Shown here: positions 12,392-21,461 of the stretch, piece after piece | Layout of the letters: each line of letters starts with the position of its first letter | Position numbering within the stretch: the first letter of the stretch is position 1 | DNA from: an uncultured Candidatus Saccharibacteria bacterium | Lineage (GTDB): Bacteria; Patescibacteriota; Saccharimonadia; Saccharimonadales; Saccharimonadaceae | DNA: 62,864 bases | Assembly: GCA_963549685.1 (NCBI GenBank) | Contig: CAUUZR010000001.1 | Coordinates: forward strand, 1-62,864 | Direction of reading: 5' to 3' | Notes under the pieces: generated by a model | Databases searched by the model: none | Told to the model about the DNA's origin: nothing | Seen by the model: the letters and a program-made list of their open reading frames with translations, nothing else | Made by a program: the position numbers and the translations under genes

Positions 12392-12931
12392 TTACTGTGC
12401 CTCCTTGACAGCCGCCGTGATAACCTTAGCGTCAACTTTGGCATCAACTGTCGAGCCTAGTACCGTACCTGTTGCTTTGGCCACTAGCTCTAAAGTCTCA
12501 TTATGCAACGTCTTACGTGCCATCTCGATTTCCTTAGCAATTTCATCTTGCGCTGATTTGATAATAGCTTCTGACTTAGCTGATGCTTTCACGCCGGCTT
12601 CTTCAACCACCTTAACAGCTTCTTCACGAGCCGACGCTACAATTTCATTAGCCTCAGCCCGGGCCTTGCGCATCAACTCACTAGTCATTTTTTCAGCCCT
12701 ATCAGCATTCTCACGAGCTGATTTAGCTGCCTTATCAGCTGCACGCATATCTTTTTCACGCTTATCTAACATTGCCAAAAGGGGCGGATAGACAAATTTG
12801 CGCAGAATAGCTAGCAAAATCAGAAAAGCAATCGTCTGTAAAATCAGCATTTTCCAATCAATACCAAGCGATATAAATAGATCAGTTTTTTCAGCTTGCG
12901 CTGTAGCAAATTGTGTTAATAAAATCTCCAC
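12392..12931 (-). CDS. atpF: ATP synthase b subunit
   Basis: TM helix then KFVYPPLLAMLDKRE and coiled coil. Confidence 0.94.
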   Translation of the reverse strand: MEILLTQFATAQAEKTDLFISLGIDWKMLILQTIAFLILLAILRKFVYPPLLAMLDKREKDMRAADKAAKSARENADRAEKMTSELMRKARAEANEIVASAREEAVKVVEEAGVKASAKSEAIIKSAQDEIAKEIEMARKTLHNETLELVAKATGTVLGSTVDAKVDAKVITAAVKEAQ

Positions 12932-12947
12932 AAATTACCTCTTAAAA

Positions 12948-13160
12948 CTACATAACTTTGCCAACGATCGCTGCCACGAAACCGATGATCGCCAAGGCGT
13001 CAATAAATGAAATGCCAAGAATCATCATAGTACGCAAATCGTTAATTTTCTCTGGGTTACGACCAGCTGCGTTCATTGCTGCTGCACCAACCATTGCTGC
13101 GCCAATTGCGGCGAAGGCTGCTGGGATGGCATAAGTTAAGGCAAATGCTAATGCTTCCAT
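12948..13160 (-). CDS. atpE: ATP synthase c subunit
   Basis: Two TM helices with RNPE loop and carboxylate in FIDAL. Confidence 0.93.
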   Translation of the reverse strand: MEALAFALTYAIPAAFAAIGAAMVGAAAMNAAGRNPEKINDLRTMMILGISFIDALAIIGFVAAIVGKVM

Positions 13161-13202
13161 TTGATATTTCTCCTTTATAAAATTATTTTATACTTTATTA
13201 AT

Positions 13203-14039
13203 TTAATCACTCTCTGTTGACAATTTTTTAGACTCAACAATAGAATGATCATGACCAGAAAGCTCGTTGGTCTCATGGTGAGCTAGCCCCAAGGAAATAA
13301 ACACCGTCGATAGCATAAAGAAAATATAGGCCTGAATACCACCAATAAACAATTCAAACAGATAAAACGGCTGTAACATAACTGGTGAAACATATTGTGT
13401 CAGAAAGGCAATCATAATCAGCAGAATTTCTCCCGCTAGAACGTTACCAAATAAACGGAAACTCAAACCAAGCAGTCGAGAAAATTCCGCCACTAGCTCC
13501 AAAATACCAACAAACGCCATAATCGGGTCTTTCAACGGACTAACAAAATATCGCCCCATATTACCCTTAAAACCAAGATATTTGAAAGCATACACTTGCG
13601 CCGCAATAATAGTGATAATCGCCAAGCCAAAAGTCATATTAAGATCAGCCACACCGCCACGAAGTAGAGGAGTGTGATACTCACCAACAGTAATCGGCCC
13701 GACCACCGGCAATAGCCCTAACCAATACTGTGCAATCACAAAAAAGAAAATCGTAATTGTTAATGGCGCCACTTTCTTTGCCCATTTTTCATCTGGTATG
13801 ACCTGACGGACAGTGTCATATAAGCCATCAAACGCCCAATGAATCAAGCCAGTTGCCAAATTATGCCTCTTCTTTTTACCAACCGCCACCGCTCGCACTG
13901 AGAACATCAGCCACACCAGCACCAATAAGCCAAACAAGCCTAACAAACTGGAGTTAGTAATCGACACACCACCAATATTGGCAATTTCATCAGCCTTAAC
14001 AGAGATATGTGGCCCAGCTACTGCCAGATATTTAATCAC
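13203..14039 (-). CDS. atpB: ATP synthase a subunit
   Basis: LSFRLFGNVLAGE, IQAYIF. Confidence 0.96.
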   Translation of the reverse strand: MIKYLAVAGPHISVKADEIANIGGVSITNSSLLGLFGLLVLVWLMFSVRAVAVGKKKRHNLATGLIHWAFDGLYDTVRQVIPDEKWAKKVAPLTITIFFFVIAQYWLGLLPVVGPITVGEYHTPLLRGGVADLNMTFGLAIITIIAAQVYAFKYLGFKGNMGRYFVSPLKDPIMAFVGILELVAEFSRLLGLSFRLFGNVLAGEILLIMIAFLTQYVSPVMLQPFYLFELFIGGIQAYIFFMLSTVFISLGLAHHETNELSGHDHSIVESKKLSTESD

Positions 14040-14307
14040 GATTTAACTCCTTTTTCTGCTTAATGACGCTAATCTGTCTAGCAACTAGCAAATATGCGCC
14101 AAACACCCCTAGAATAATCCCGCCAAACATTAACCAAGGCTTGATATTAAATTGTGCGTCTAACCAAACGCCCAACAACGTAAAACCAACACTCGGCACA
14201 AACATTCGCCAAGTCGTATCACCGATAGTACCAACAATTGTCCACAACGCCTCCACCTCAGTTGTGGTTTTTTTACCATCTTGAATAACGGGTTCTTTTA
14301 CCATCAC
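14032..14307 (-). CDS. AtpZ/AtpI-family (ATPase gene 1) membrane protein
   Basis: Two TM helices with GVWLD...PW motif; first gene of atp operon. Confidence 0.8.
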   Translation of the reverse strand: MMVKEPVIQDGKKTTTEVEALWTIVGTIGDTTWRMFVPSVGFTLLGVWLDAQFNIKPWLMFGGIILGVFGAYLLVARQISVIKQKKELNRD

Positions 14308-14343
14308 TATTCACTATAGCAACCTGCTATACTATTTGACAAG

Positions 14344-14580
14344 ATGCCACGCAAAAATTATCCAAAAAATCGTAAGAAAACACCATATGTAGCGCCACCT
14401 ACGCTAGATATAGCGTCGACACCATATGTAGCGTGTCGTAAAAAACGACGCTTTCCAACCGAGAAACAGGCTCAGGCTGCCGCCGATACTCAAGAATTGA
14501 CTGATTTTTCTCTACAGATTGACATTTATCGGTGTCAATTTTGCGGTGGCTGGCATTTGACCAGTCGGCAAAAATCCTAA
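14344..14580 (+). CDS. Small hypothetical protein with YxCxxCxGWHLT metal-binding motif
   Basis: 78-aa ORF after TGCTATACT promoter; C-terminal CQFCGGWH. Confidence 0.7.
   Translation: MPRKNYPKNRKKTPYVAPPTLDIASTPYVACRKKRRFPTEKQAQAAADTQELTDFSLQIDIYRCQFCGGWHLTSRQKS
14380..14434. promoter_or_regulatory. Three NrdR-box-like repeats inside ORF 14344-14580
   Basis: ACACCATATGTAGCGC (14380-14395), ACGCTAGATATAGCGT (14401-14416), ACACCATATGTAGCGT (14419-14434). Confidence 0.5.
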
Positions 14581-14628
14581 TTTCTATGCTACAATTATTC
14601 ATAAGCAACATTTACAAGGAGGGAATTA

Positions 14629-14895
14629 ATGAGTAATCCAGCAAAGGTAATAGTTTATAGTACAGCTTGGTGTGCGTTTTGCCACACGGAGATGGAATGG
14701 CTAAAAAAGATTGGCGTGGAATTTGAGACTAAAGATATTGAAGCAGATGAAGCAGCTAAAAAAGAACTGCTCAGTAAAAACGGAGGCAATTTTCAAGGCG
14801 TGCCAGTTACTGACATTGCAGGTGAGCTGATTTTAGGCTTTGACCGCCCAAAAATCACTGAAGCGTTGAAGAAAAATGGTCTGATTAGCGAGTAA
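14629..14895 (+). CDS. Glutaredoxin / NrdH-like redoxin
   Basis: WCAFC active site, GVP, GFD motifs; strong SD. Confidence 0.9.
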   Translation: MSNPAKVIVYSTAWCAFCHTEMEWLKKIGVEFETKDIEADEAAKKELLSKNGGNFQGVPVTDIAGELILGFDRPKITEALKKNGLISE

Positions 14896-14984
14896 AGTCA
14901 CATCGATTAGCAAGCAGTTGTCATAGCAGATGGCTATTGCTTGTTGGCATTGAATTTTTCATAATTATTTGTTATAATTTAGGT

Positions 14985-15473
14985 ATGGAAACAGGTAACG
15001 TCATAGAGTTTCGCCCCGATCACGAGAAAAAAACTTCTTATGATCACCCAAAATCTTTACAGGGAAGCGCTGAGGTTATAGACCTATTCTCAGAAGAATA
15101 TAAAACACAGAATCGTATTAATCAGCTCAAAGAGGAAATTAAAGATTTGGCTACCAAAGAAGTTATTGATGAGGCTGATTTACAAGAGTTAAATACGAAG
15201 CTTGGCGAGCTAAAAGGGTACGCAGGCGAAATAACTGTTGCAATAGCTATCGCCGTCAGTAGAATTGGCGTTAGATATCCAGAGGTAATTGACCTACTCA
15301 ACTATCCAAATGTCAAGGAGTGTCTGACTCGGACTGTCTTGGAATCATCCAATCACCCATCAGTTGCAGGAGTGCGGAAAATCGCGATTCTTGCTTTAGC
15401 TGAACGCCCAGGAATACATACAATTGATAACACTCAGTCTGACGACAGACCGGAACCGCCCTCGGTGAGCTAA
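14985..15473 (+). CDS. Hypothetical protein
   Basis: Long ORF; ATG 6 nt after TGTTATAAT; no recognised motif. Confidence 0.7.
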   Translation: METGNVIEFRPDHEKKTSYDHPKSLQGSAEVIDLFSEEYKTQNRINQLKEEIKDLATKEVIDEADLQELNTKLGELKGYAGEITVAIAIAVSRIGVRYPEVIDLLNYPNVKECLTRTVLESSNHPSVAGVRKIAILALAERPGIHTIDNTQSDDRPEPPSVS

Positions 15474-15502
15474 TTTTTCACGGCAGATGATATAATGTAC
15501 CT

Positions 15503-15979
15503 ATGTCTGCAGTAAAGAAATTAAAAAGACAATCATCGGCTATCGTTAATCGCCGGGCGCGGTTTGATTATGAGTTGGGAGAGGAAATCGTGGCTGGAAT
15601 AGTATTAACAGGATTAGAGGTGCGAGCAGCCCGTGACGGACACGTCCAGCTGAAAGGTGCTTATGTGACTTTACGGAACGGCGAGTTATGGCTTAACAAC
15701 GCAAGTTTTTCTTTACGACAAAATGAAAGAGGCAAGCCGAACGCTCGCACAGTGGACACGTCAGCTCGAAAACTACTAGCCAGTCGCAGACAAATTAACC
15801 ATCTCGCTACTGCCAAACAACAAGGCATGACCATCATACCAACAAAATTATTAACCGGTGGCAAATTTATTAAAGTTGTTATTGCTCTCGGCAAGGGCAA
15901 AAAGAAATACGATAAACGTGAAACCATCAAACGCCGTGATCAAGACCGTGATGCTAAACGTCAGCTTTCTCAGCGATAA
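15503..15979 (+). CDS. smpB: SsrA-binding protein
   Basis: NRRARFDY, AGIVLTGLEV, RKLL, GKKKYDKRETIK. Confidence 0.96.
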   Translation: MSAVKKLKRQSSAIVNRRARFDYELGEEIVAGIVLTGLEVRAARDGHVQLKGAYVTLRNGELWLNNASFSLRQNERGKPNARTVDTSARKLLASRRQINHLATAKQQGMTIIPTKLLTGGKFIKVVIALGKGKKKYDKRETIKRRDQDRDAKRQLSQR

Positions 15980-17252
15980 GTTTTTGGTATAGCTTTTCCA
16001 ATTTTTTAACTTGACGAGATTCGGTAAACTTAGCCGCTAGATTCTTACTTTCGACGCCGAATTGTCGACGTTTTTCAGGATCCACCAAAAGAGATATAGT
16101 CTTTTCTGCTATACTTTCTGGTGTATTTTCAGCAAAATAACCATTCAACCCATCTTTAACAACCTCTGAAACTCCCTGATCGATGATAACAATCGGTTTA
16201 CCGGCATGAGCAGCCTCATGCAACACCCAACCTTGAGTATCTTTCAACGAAGGAAATATAAATACATCCAAGACTGAATAAGCTAGGCCAAGTTTTTCGC
16301 GTGGTATAGCACCAGTGAAGATAATCCGATCACTAAAACCCGTCTCGGCTGCCATCTTTTCTAGAGTAGCTCGATATTCAAAATCACCAACAAATAACAA
16401 TTTTGCTTTCGGACGCGCCGAAGCTATGAATTGATCAAAAGCTTGAATTAAGATTGGTAGATTTTTCTCTTCACCGAGTCTGCCCACAAAGCCAAAAGTC
16501 TCATCGTCTTCATTCAAATTCCAGGTCGCCCGAAAATCAGCAATCTCCTCAGCGGCTGGGACTGGCAGAGCATCAACTCCATTCGGCATAAGAATCAAAT
16601 CATATAGATAATCATCATACTGCCAAGACTTTAACTGATCCCGACTCTTACGACACAATGCAATTACCGCATCAGCTTTACTATATAAGATCGTAATAAC
16701 ACTCTCAATAATGTCCTTGTTCCATTTAGTTACACCACGCCGAGGCTTATAAAGTTTCGCAATCTCCAAAAGGTCATGACCCCTTAAGCGTACTGACATT
16801 GGAAAAATAATACCCGCCAAAGCCAAGGCACCAGGTAATACCGCTGGATAATGATCGACAAATTCATAGATATCAGTACAGTGTTGTATAACTAATGGAA
16901 TATTAGCTTTTTTGGCAGCCTTAACACCTAACAGACCGATTTGTGACGGCGTAAAAATATGAATCACATCCAAATTTAACTCAGCAATTTGACGTTGAAC
17001 TAACGGCGGAAAGAATACCGAAGTGTCATAATCATCAAAAAAAACACCTTTTATGGAGCGAAAACGAATAATACGACTATCCTCATCTTCATGTAGTAAT
17101 TCAGCCTGTTTTGATGGGCTGATTGATTTGGCAGGGCAGAATACGTAAACTTCATGGCCTAGCACCTCTAGTTCACGCTTTAATGATTCCACAACATAGA
17201 CAATGCCATTGATAGACGGGCGATAAGTGTCTGTAAATAGACCGATTTTCAT
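15954..17252 (-). CDS. GT4 glycosyltransferase, similar to monoglucosyl-diacylglycerol synthases
   Basis: N-terminus MKIGLFTDTYxPxING, FVGRLGEEKN, DTQGWVLHEA. Confidence 0.85.
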   Translation of the reverse strand: MKIGLFTDTYRPSINGIVYVVESLKRELEVLGHEVYVFCPAKSISPSKQAELLHEDEDSRIIRFRSIKGVFFDDYDTSVFFPPLVQRQIAELNLDVIHIFTPSQIGLLGVKAAKKANIPLVIQHCTDIYEFVDHYPAVLPGALALAGIIFPMSVRLRGHDLLEIAKLYKPRRGVTKWNKDIIESVITILYSKADAVIALCRKSRDQLKSWQYDDYLYDLILMPNGVDALPVPAAEEIADFRATWNLNEDDETFGFVGRLGEEKNLPILIQAFDQFIASARPKAKLLFVGDFEYRATLEKMAAETGFSDRIIFTGAIPREKLGLAYSVLDVFIFPSLKDTQGWVLHEAAHAGKPIVIIDQGVSEVVKDGLNGYFAENTPESIAEKTISLLVDPEKRRQFGVESKNLAAKFTESRQVKKLEKLYQKLIAEKADV

Positions 17253-17264
17253 ATGTCTAGTATA

Positions 17265-18287
17265 TCACGACTTAAGCAGTTCGCGGTAAAAGGCCATTAG
17301 CCGTTCAGCACCAGCTTTGCTATCAAAACGCTGAGCAATTTTGCCCGCTGCGATTTGTTGTTCTTTATAAAACACAGTGCTATCACGTAGCTTAGTAATA
17401 GCTTCTACCGCATCATCATCTGTACTGATGAACTGCGCATCTGGACGGAAAGTGTCATTATACTCAGCAATGTCGCGCAAAATAATTGGCAGGCCAGCAC
17501 CCGCTGCCTCCAGTACACACATCGGATGATTCTCTTGTTCAGCCGGCAGAAAAAAGACATCGGCAGCGTGTAAATACTGAATAACTGTTTCATAGGGTAC
17601 TACACCAGTAATTATCACATTCTTTGGTGCCGAACGTATCATATCCTGCATCTTTCCATATTCCGCACCCAGATGTTTAAACGGAATCCCACCAACCCAC
17701 ACAAACTGCACCTCAGGCAGTGCCTGCGCTACTGCAAAAAAAGTATCCAGTCGCTTGCGTGGTTGTACTTGACCATTACCCAACACTACAAATGCATCCT
17801 TCTTGATTCCCAGCGCCTTCCGCACCGCTATTGTGTCTGCTTTCGTGTGAGCATATTTTTGCATATCTACTGTGTTATACAATACCTCGACACGGTTTTT
17901 TAACCCCATCGGTCCAATCATTTCATCACGTACCATCCCAGAGCAAGCCAATACTAGATCAGCCTTGCTATACGCCCACTTCATATATCGTCGCACCAAC
18001 CACTGCAGCCGTCCCATACCCTTAATACTACCAACCAACGATGCCGGAATAATATGTCCAGCGATCACTTTTTTTGCCGAGGACTGCCTTAATTTTCTCA
18101 GTGAATAGAGACCGATAGTTTGCGTATGAATGATATCAGCATCTGGATGCGCAACGTTAATCGCCACCTCCGTATCGTTTCGTTGCTTCAGGGCGCTGGT
18201 GATTTCAGTATAAGCCGTATGCACCCCATGTCCCTGAACCGTAAACTCGCTTTCAGAGATCATATCAATTTTAATTTTTCTACTCAT
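17265..18287 (-). CDS. GT4 glycosyltransferase, CpoA/diglycosyl-diacylglycerol synthase-like
   Basis: VQGHGVHTAYTE, GQVQPRK, FVWVGG, ENHPMCVLEA. Confidence 0.82.
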   Translation of the reverse strand: MSRKIKIDMISESEFTVQGHGVHTAYTEITSALKQRNDTEVAINVAHPDADIIHTQTIGLYSLRKLRQSSAKKVIAGHIIPASLVGSIKGMGRLQWLVRRYMKWAYSKADLVLACSGMVRDEMIGPMGLKNRVEVLYNTVDMQKYAHTKADTIAVRKALGIKKDAFVVLGNGQVQPRKRLDTFFAVAQALPEVQFVWVGGIPFKHLGAEYGKMQDMIRSAPKNVIITGVVPYETVIQYLHAADVFFLPAEQENHPMCVLEAAGAGLPIILRDIAEYNDTFRPDAQFISTDDDAVEAITKLRDSTVFYKEQQIAAGKIAQRFDSKAGAERLMAFYRELLKS

Positions 18288-18340
18288 GGATACTATTATA
18301 CCAGCTTCTCTTATTGCCTAAAAATCGCTATAATTAGTTC

Positions 18341-19156
18341 ATGAAGTTATATTCCTGGAACGTCAATGGCATTCGTGCGGTGCTAAATAAGGGCGAGTTT
18401 ATGAAGTTTATCGAGGCGCATGATCCCGACATTTTATGTTTACAGGAAACCAAGGCGCAGCGCGGGCAGGTCGAGCTAGATCTGCCGCAGTATGAAGAGC
18501 ATTTTTATTCGGCGGCAAAGAGGGGCTACTCAGGAACGGCAATTTTCAGCAAAATACCAGCTATGAGATATTTGGATGGTTTTCCGCAAGACATTGTTGA
18601 TAAATTTTATATCACAAATGATATATTTGGCGATCCAAACGATGAGGGCAGGGTAATCGCTGCAGAATTTGCCAATTTTTGGGTAGTAACGTGCTACACG
18701 CCAAATTCTAAGGGCGATTTGAGCCGTCTAAAGCTCCGTTACGAACAGTGGGATCCAGCCTGTTTAGCGTACCTGAAGGGGCTAGAAGCAGGCGCTTACG
18801 GCAATGCCAAGCCAGTATTGTACTGTGGCGACATGAACGTAGCGCACCAAGAAATTGACCTAGCCAATCCCAAGCCGAACGTCGGCAAACATGGTTTTAC
18901 TAACGAGGAGCGCGAGCGTTTCCAAGATTATTTGGACGCTGGTTTTGTCGATACTTTCCGAGCTGCCAACCCCGACAAAATTGGCGCTTACAGCTGGTGG
19001 ACGCATTGGGCAAATGCTCGGGCGCGTAATGTCGGCTGGCGGATCGATTACTGGCTGGCCAGTGCCAAAATTGCCAAAAACGTTAAGAATCCACAAATTC
19101 ACCCCGAACAAATGGGTTCCGACCATTGTCCAATTAGTATTGAGGTGGAAATTTAA
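18341..19156 (+). CDS. xth: Exodeoxyribonuclease III / AP endonuclease
   Basis: SWNVNG, LQETK, GDMN, GWRIDY, SDHCP. Confidence 0.95.
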   Translation: MKLYSWNVNGIRAVLNKGEFMKFIEAHDPDILCLQETKAQRGQVELDLPQYEEHFYSAAKRGYSGTAIFSKIPAMRYLDGFPQDIVDKFYITNDIFGDPNDEGRVIAAEFANFWVVTCYTPNSKGDLSRLKLRYEQWDPACLAYLKGLEAGAYGNAKPVLYCGDMNVAHQEIDLANPKPNVGKHGFTNEERERFQDYLDAGFVDTFRAANPDKIGAYSWWTHWANARARNVGWRIDYWLASAKIAKNVKNPQIHPEQMGSDHCPISIEVEI

Positions 19157-19158
19157 GT

Positions 19159-19944
19159 ATGGATTTGTCATATTGGCAACGACAGACCGTTGAAAAAGCA
19201 TTATTTCCTGACATTGAGTGGAATAAGCCAGAGCAGAAGTCACGGGCTGGCAAATTAGGCATTGTCGGTGGCAATAAGCTTGGTTTCGCTACGGTTGCTG
19301 ACGCTTACACAACTGCACTGAAAACTGGAGTAGGTGAAGCTCGAGTGTTGCTACCTGATGTTTTAAAGAAAAACGTACCAGCTTCAATGACTGATGTTCA
19401 ATTTGCACCCACTAATCTGTCAGGTAGCTTAAGCGCGGAGGCATCACCAGAGTTACTAGCTTTAGGCGATTGGGCTGATGTATTACTATTCATTGGGGAC
19501 GCTGGCAAAAATAGCCAAACAGCTTCTTTATATGAACAATTTATCCTAAATTACCCTAAGCCTATAATTTTGACTCGTGACGCAATTGATTTGGTGCAGA
19601 ACTCCATGCCAGCATTACTTGATAATCCCCAGCTGGCGCTAGTCGCATCATTTGCTCAATTGCAAAAAATTTTCCGCAGTGTTTATTATCCAAAAATCCT
19701 AACTTTCTCTATGCAATTATCCCAGTTAGTAGATAATTTACACAAATTTACCGTGACTTATCCAATTACTATCATGACTTTTCACGCTGATCAGCTAATT
19801 ATTGCTCACGATGGGCGTGTTGTCAGTCAGTCTTGGGATAATCCTATGGCCATCTGGCGAGGAAGCGTTGCTACTAAAGCAGCTACTTATTTATTATGGA
19901 CACCATCAAAACCACTAGAAGCAATAGTCACTAGTTTAATTTAA
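19159..19944 (+). CDS. Divergent YjeF-C/NnrD (ribokinase-like) family protein
   Basis: KxxxGKLGIVGG N-terminus, ALKTGVG, DA motif; canonical C-terminal GxGD absent. Confidence 0.65.
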   Translation: MDLSYWQRQTVEKALFPDIEWNKPEQKSRAGKLGIVGGNKLGFATVADAYTTALKTGVGEARVLLPDVLKKNVPASMTDVQFAPTNLSGSLSAEASPELLALGDWADVLLFIGDAGKNSQTASLYEQFILNYPKPIILTRDAIDLVQNSMPALLDNPQLALVASFAQLQKIFRSVYYPKILTFSMQLSQLVDNLHKFTVTYPITIMTFHADQLIIAHDGRVVSQSWDNPMAIWRGSVATKAATYLLWTPSKPLEAIVTSLI

Positions 19945-19948
19945 ATAA

Positions 19949-19974
19949 AAAACCCCAGTCTAAAACTGAGGTTT
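19949..19974. terminator. Bidirectional terminator
   Basis: AAACCCCAGT-ctaaa-ACTGAGGTTT between convergent transcripts. Confidence 0.6.
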
Positions 19975-19990
19975 ATTCTGGAGCAATCTC

Positions 19991-20077
19991 TGGTACCGCG
20001 GGCCGGACTTGAACCGGCACGAGCTATTGCTCACCAGATTTTGAGTCTAGCGCGTCTACCAATTCCGCCACCGCGGC
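19991..20077 (-). tRNA. tRNA-Leu(CAA)
   Basis: Cloverleaf with long variable arm, anticodon loop CTCAAAA, GGTTCAAGTCC, encoded CCA. Confidence 0.96.
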
Positions 20078-20189
20078 ACAAGAGAACGCTCCAGTACTTA
20101 AAAATGATACCACATCACATTGCTTAAGTAAACTATCAGTAGCTGTTTTGTACTTTTTTTATCCGGCGTTTTCGTTTATAATAATGGTA

Positions 20190-21461
20190 ATGGATTCATC
20201 AAATAATCCGCATCAAGCTAGGGTGGGCTTCTTAAAATCAGATTCACGTCAATCAACACCACCTAGAGATTATAAACCGTCACGTAATGCCGCGGCGGAT
20301 GTTATTCGTGGACAAATTGATGCAATTTACTCAGGAAATTCTGGAGAAAATACCCCACACACCACCCCAGTGCTAGTTCAGCCAACACCCAAACAACCAC
20401 AGCCCCAACCAGCGCAGGACAATCATCGACAAACTCACGCCATGCGGACAACACCGCCAAAGCAAGAATTTAATCAGCCAGTTACCCCAAAGGCCGCCGA
20501 CGAGCAATGGAATCAGTATCATTCAGCTTGGCAAAAGTATTACCAAATGTATTATGAACGCTATTACGCCGGACATTTATATAATAAACAACAAGAAATG
20601 TCCAAGATAATTGCTGATAATCAGGCAAAAATTGCCGCCACTAAAAACTTAAAGACTGAGCCTACCGACGAACAGCTTACTGCCATGAAAGAGTTACGGT
20701 CACAAATTCAGCAAAAAGTTCGTGACTCTGCTAAAAAAGTTAAAAAATCACGTCATTTTATGCCAATGGTAGCTGGACTAGCCGTTTTGCTAATCTTCTC
20801 ATTTCTACAATATAACCGCCTATTATTTGGTATGGTGGCAGTCTACACTAGCCCTGGTAATATTGAACCGCAGAATATTATTGTCAACGCTTCAAGCGAT
20901 ATCGCCGTGCCACCAGATCCTCGCATTATCATACCCAAAATCAACATCGACGCACCAGTGGTTTATGGCGTAGCTAGTGATAAAAAATCTCAATTAGCCG
21001 CCATGGAGAAGGGGGTGGCACACTTTTCTATCCCTGGCGCTAACGCTTTACCTGGTCAAGTCGGCAATATCGTACTAGCGGCGCACTCCAGTAATGATGC
21101 TTTTGCTCGTGGCGAATATAAATTTGTTTTCGCCCAAAATGAAAAATTAGCAAAAGATGACGTTATTTATCTTAATTACGAAAGCAAGCGCTACACTTAT
21201 AAAATCACTTCCATGGAAGTTGTTTTGCCGACAGAAGTGTCTAAAGTCCAACTAAAAACCAATAAGCCAATGCTAACTTTGGTAAGTTGCGTGCCAATTG
21301 GTACGGCTGAAAAGCGACTGCTGGTGTTTGCCGAGCAAATCAGCCCCGACCCAGCTAAAGCCACGGCCACAACTGAGAACACTTCATCTTCCAGTAGTAC
21401 AACCAATATACCAGCGGCTCAGTCACCAACACTGCTTGAGAGATTGTTTGGCGCTAATTAA
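20190..21461 (+). CDS. Sortase with long N-terminal extension
   Basis: IPKINIDAPV, LAAHS, TLVSC and downstream Arg; TM helix before catalytic domain. Confidence 0.9.
   Translation: MDSSNNPHQARVGFLKSDSRQSTPPRDYKPSRNAAADVIRGQIDAIYSGNSGENTPHTTPVLVQPTPKQPQPQPAQDNHRQTHAMRTTPPKQEFNQPVTPKAADEQWNQYHSAWQKYYQMYYERYYAGHLYNKQQEMSKIIADNQAKIAATKNLKTEPTDEQLTAMKELRSQIQQKVRDSAKKVKKSRHFMPMVAGLAVLLIFSFLQYNRLLFGMVAVYTSPGNIEPQNIIVNASSDIAVPPDPRIIIPKINIDAPVVYGVASDKKSQLAAMEKGVAHFSIPGANALPGQVGNIVLAAHSSNDAFARGEYKFVFAQNEKLAKDDVIYLNYESKRYTYKITSMEVVLPTEVSKVQLKTNKPMLTLVSCVPIGTAEKRLLVFAEQISPDPAKATATTENTSSSSSTTNIPAAQSPTLLERLFGAN

Noticed and set aside
11979..12791. 270-aa plus-strand ORF over atpH/atpF
   Set aside because: Antisense shadow of real atp genes; the same applies to most short overlapping ORFs in the track
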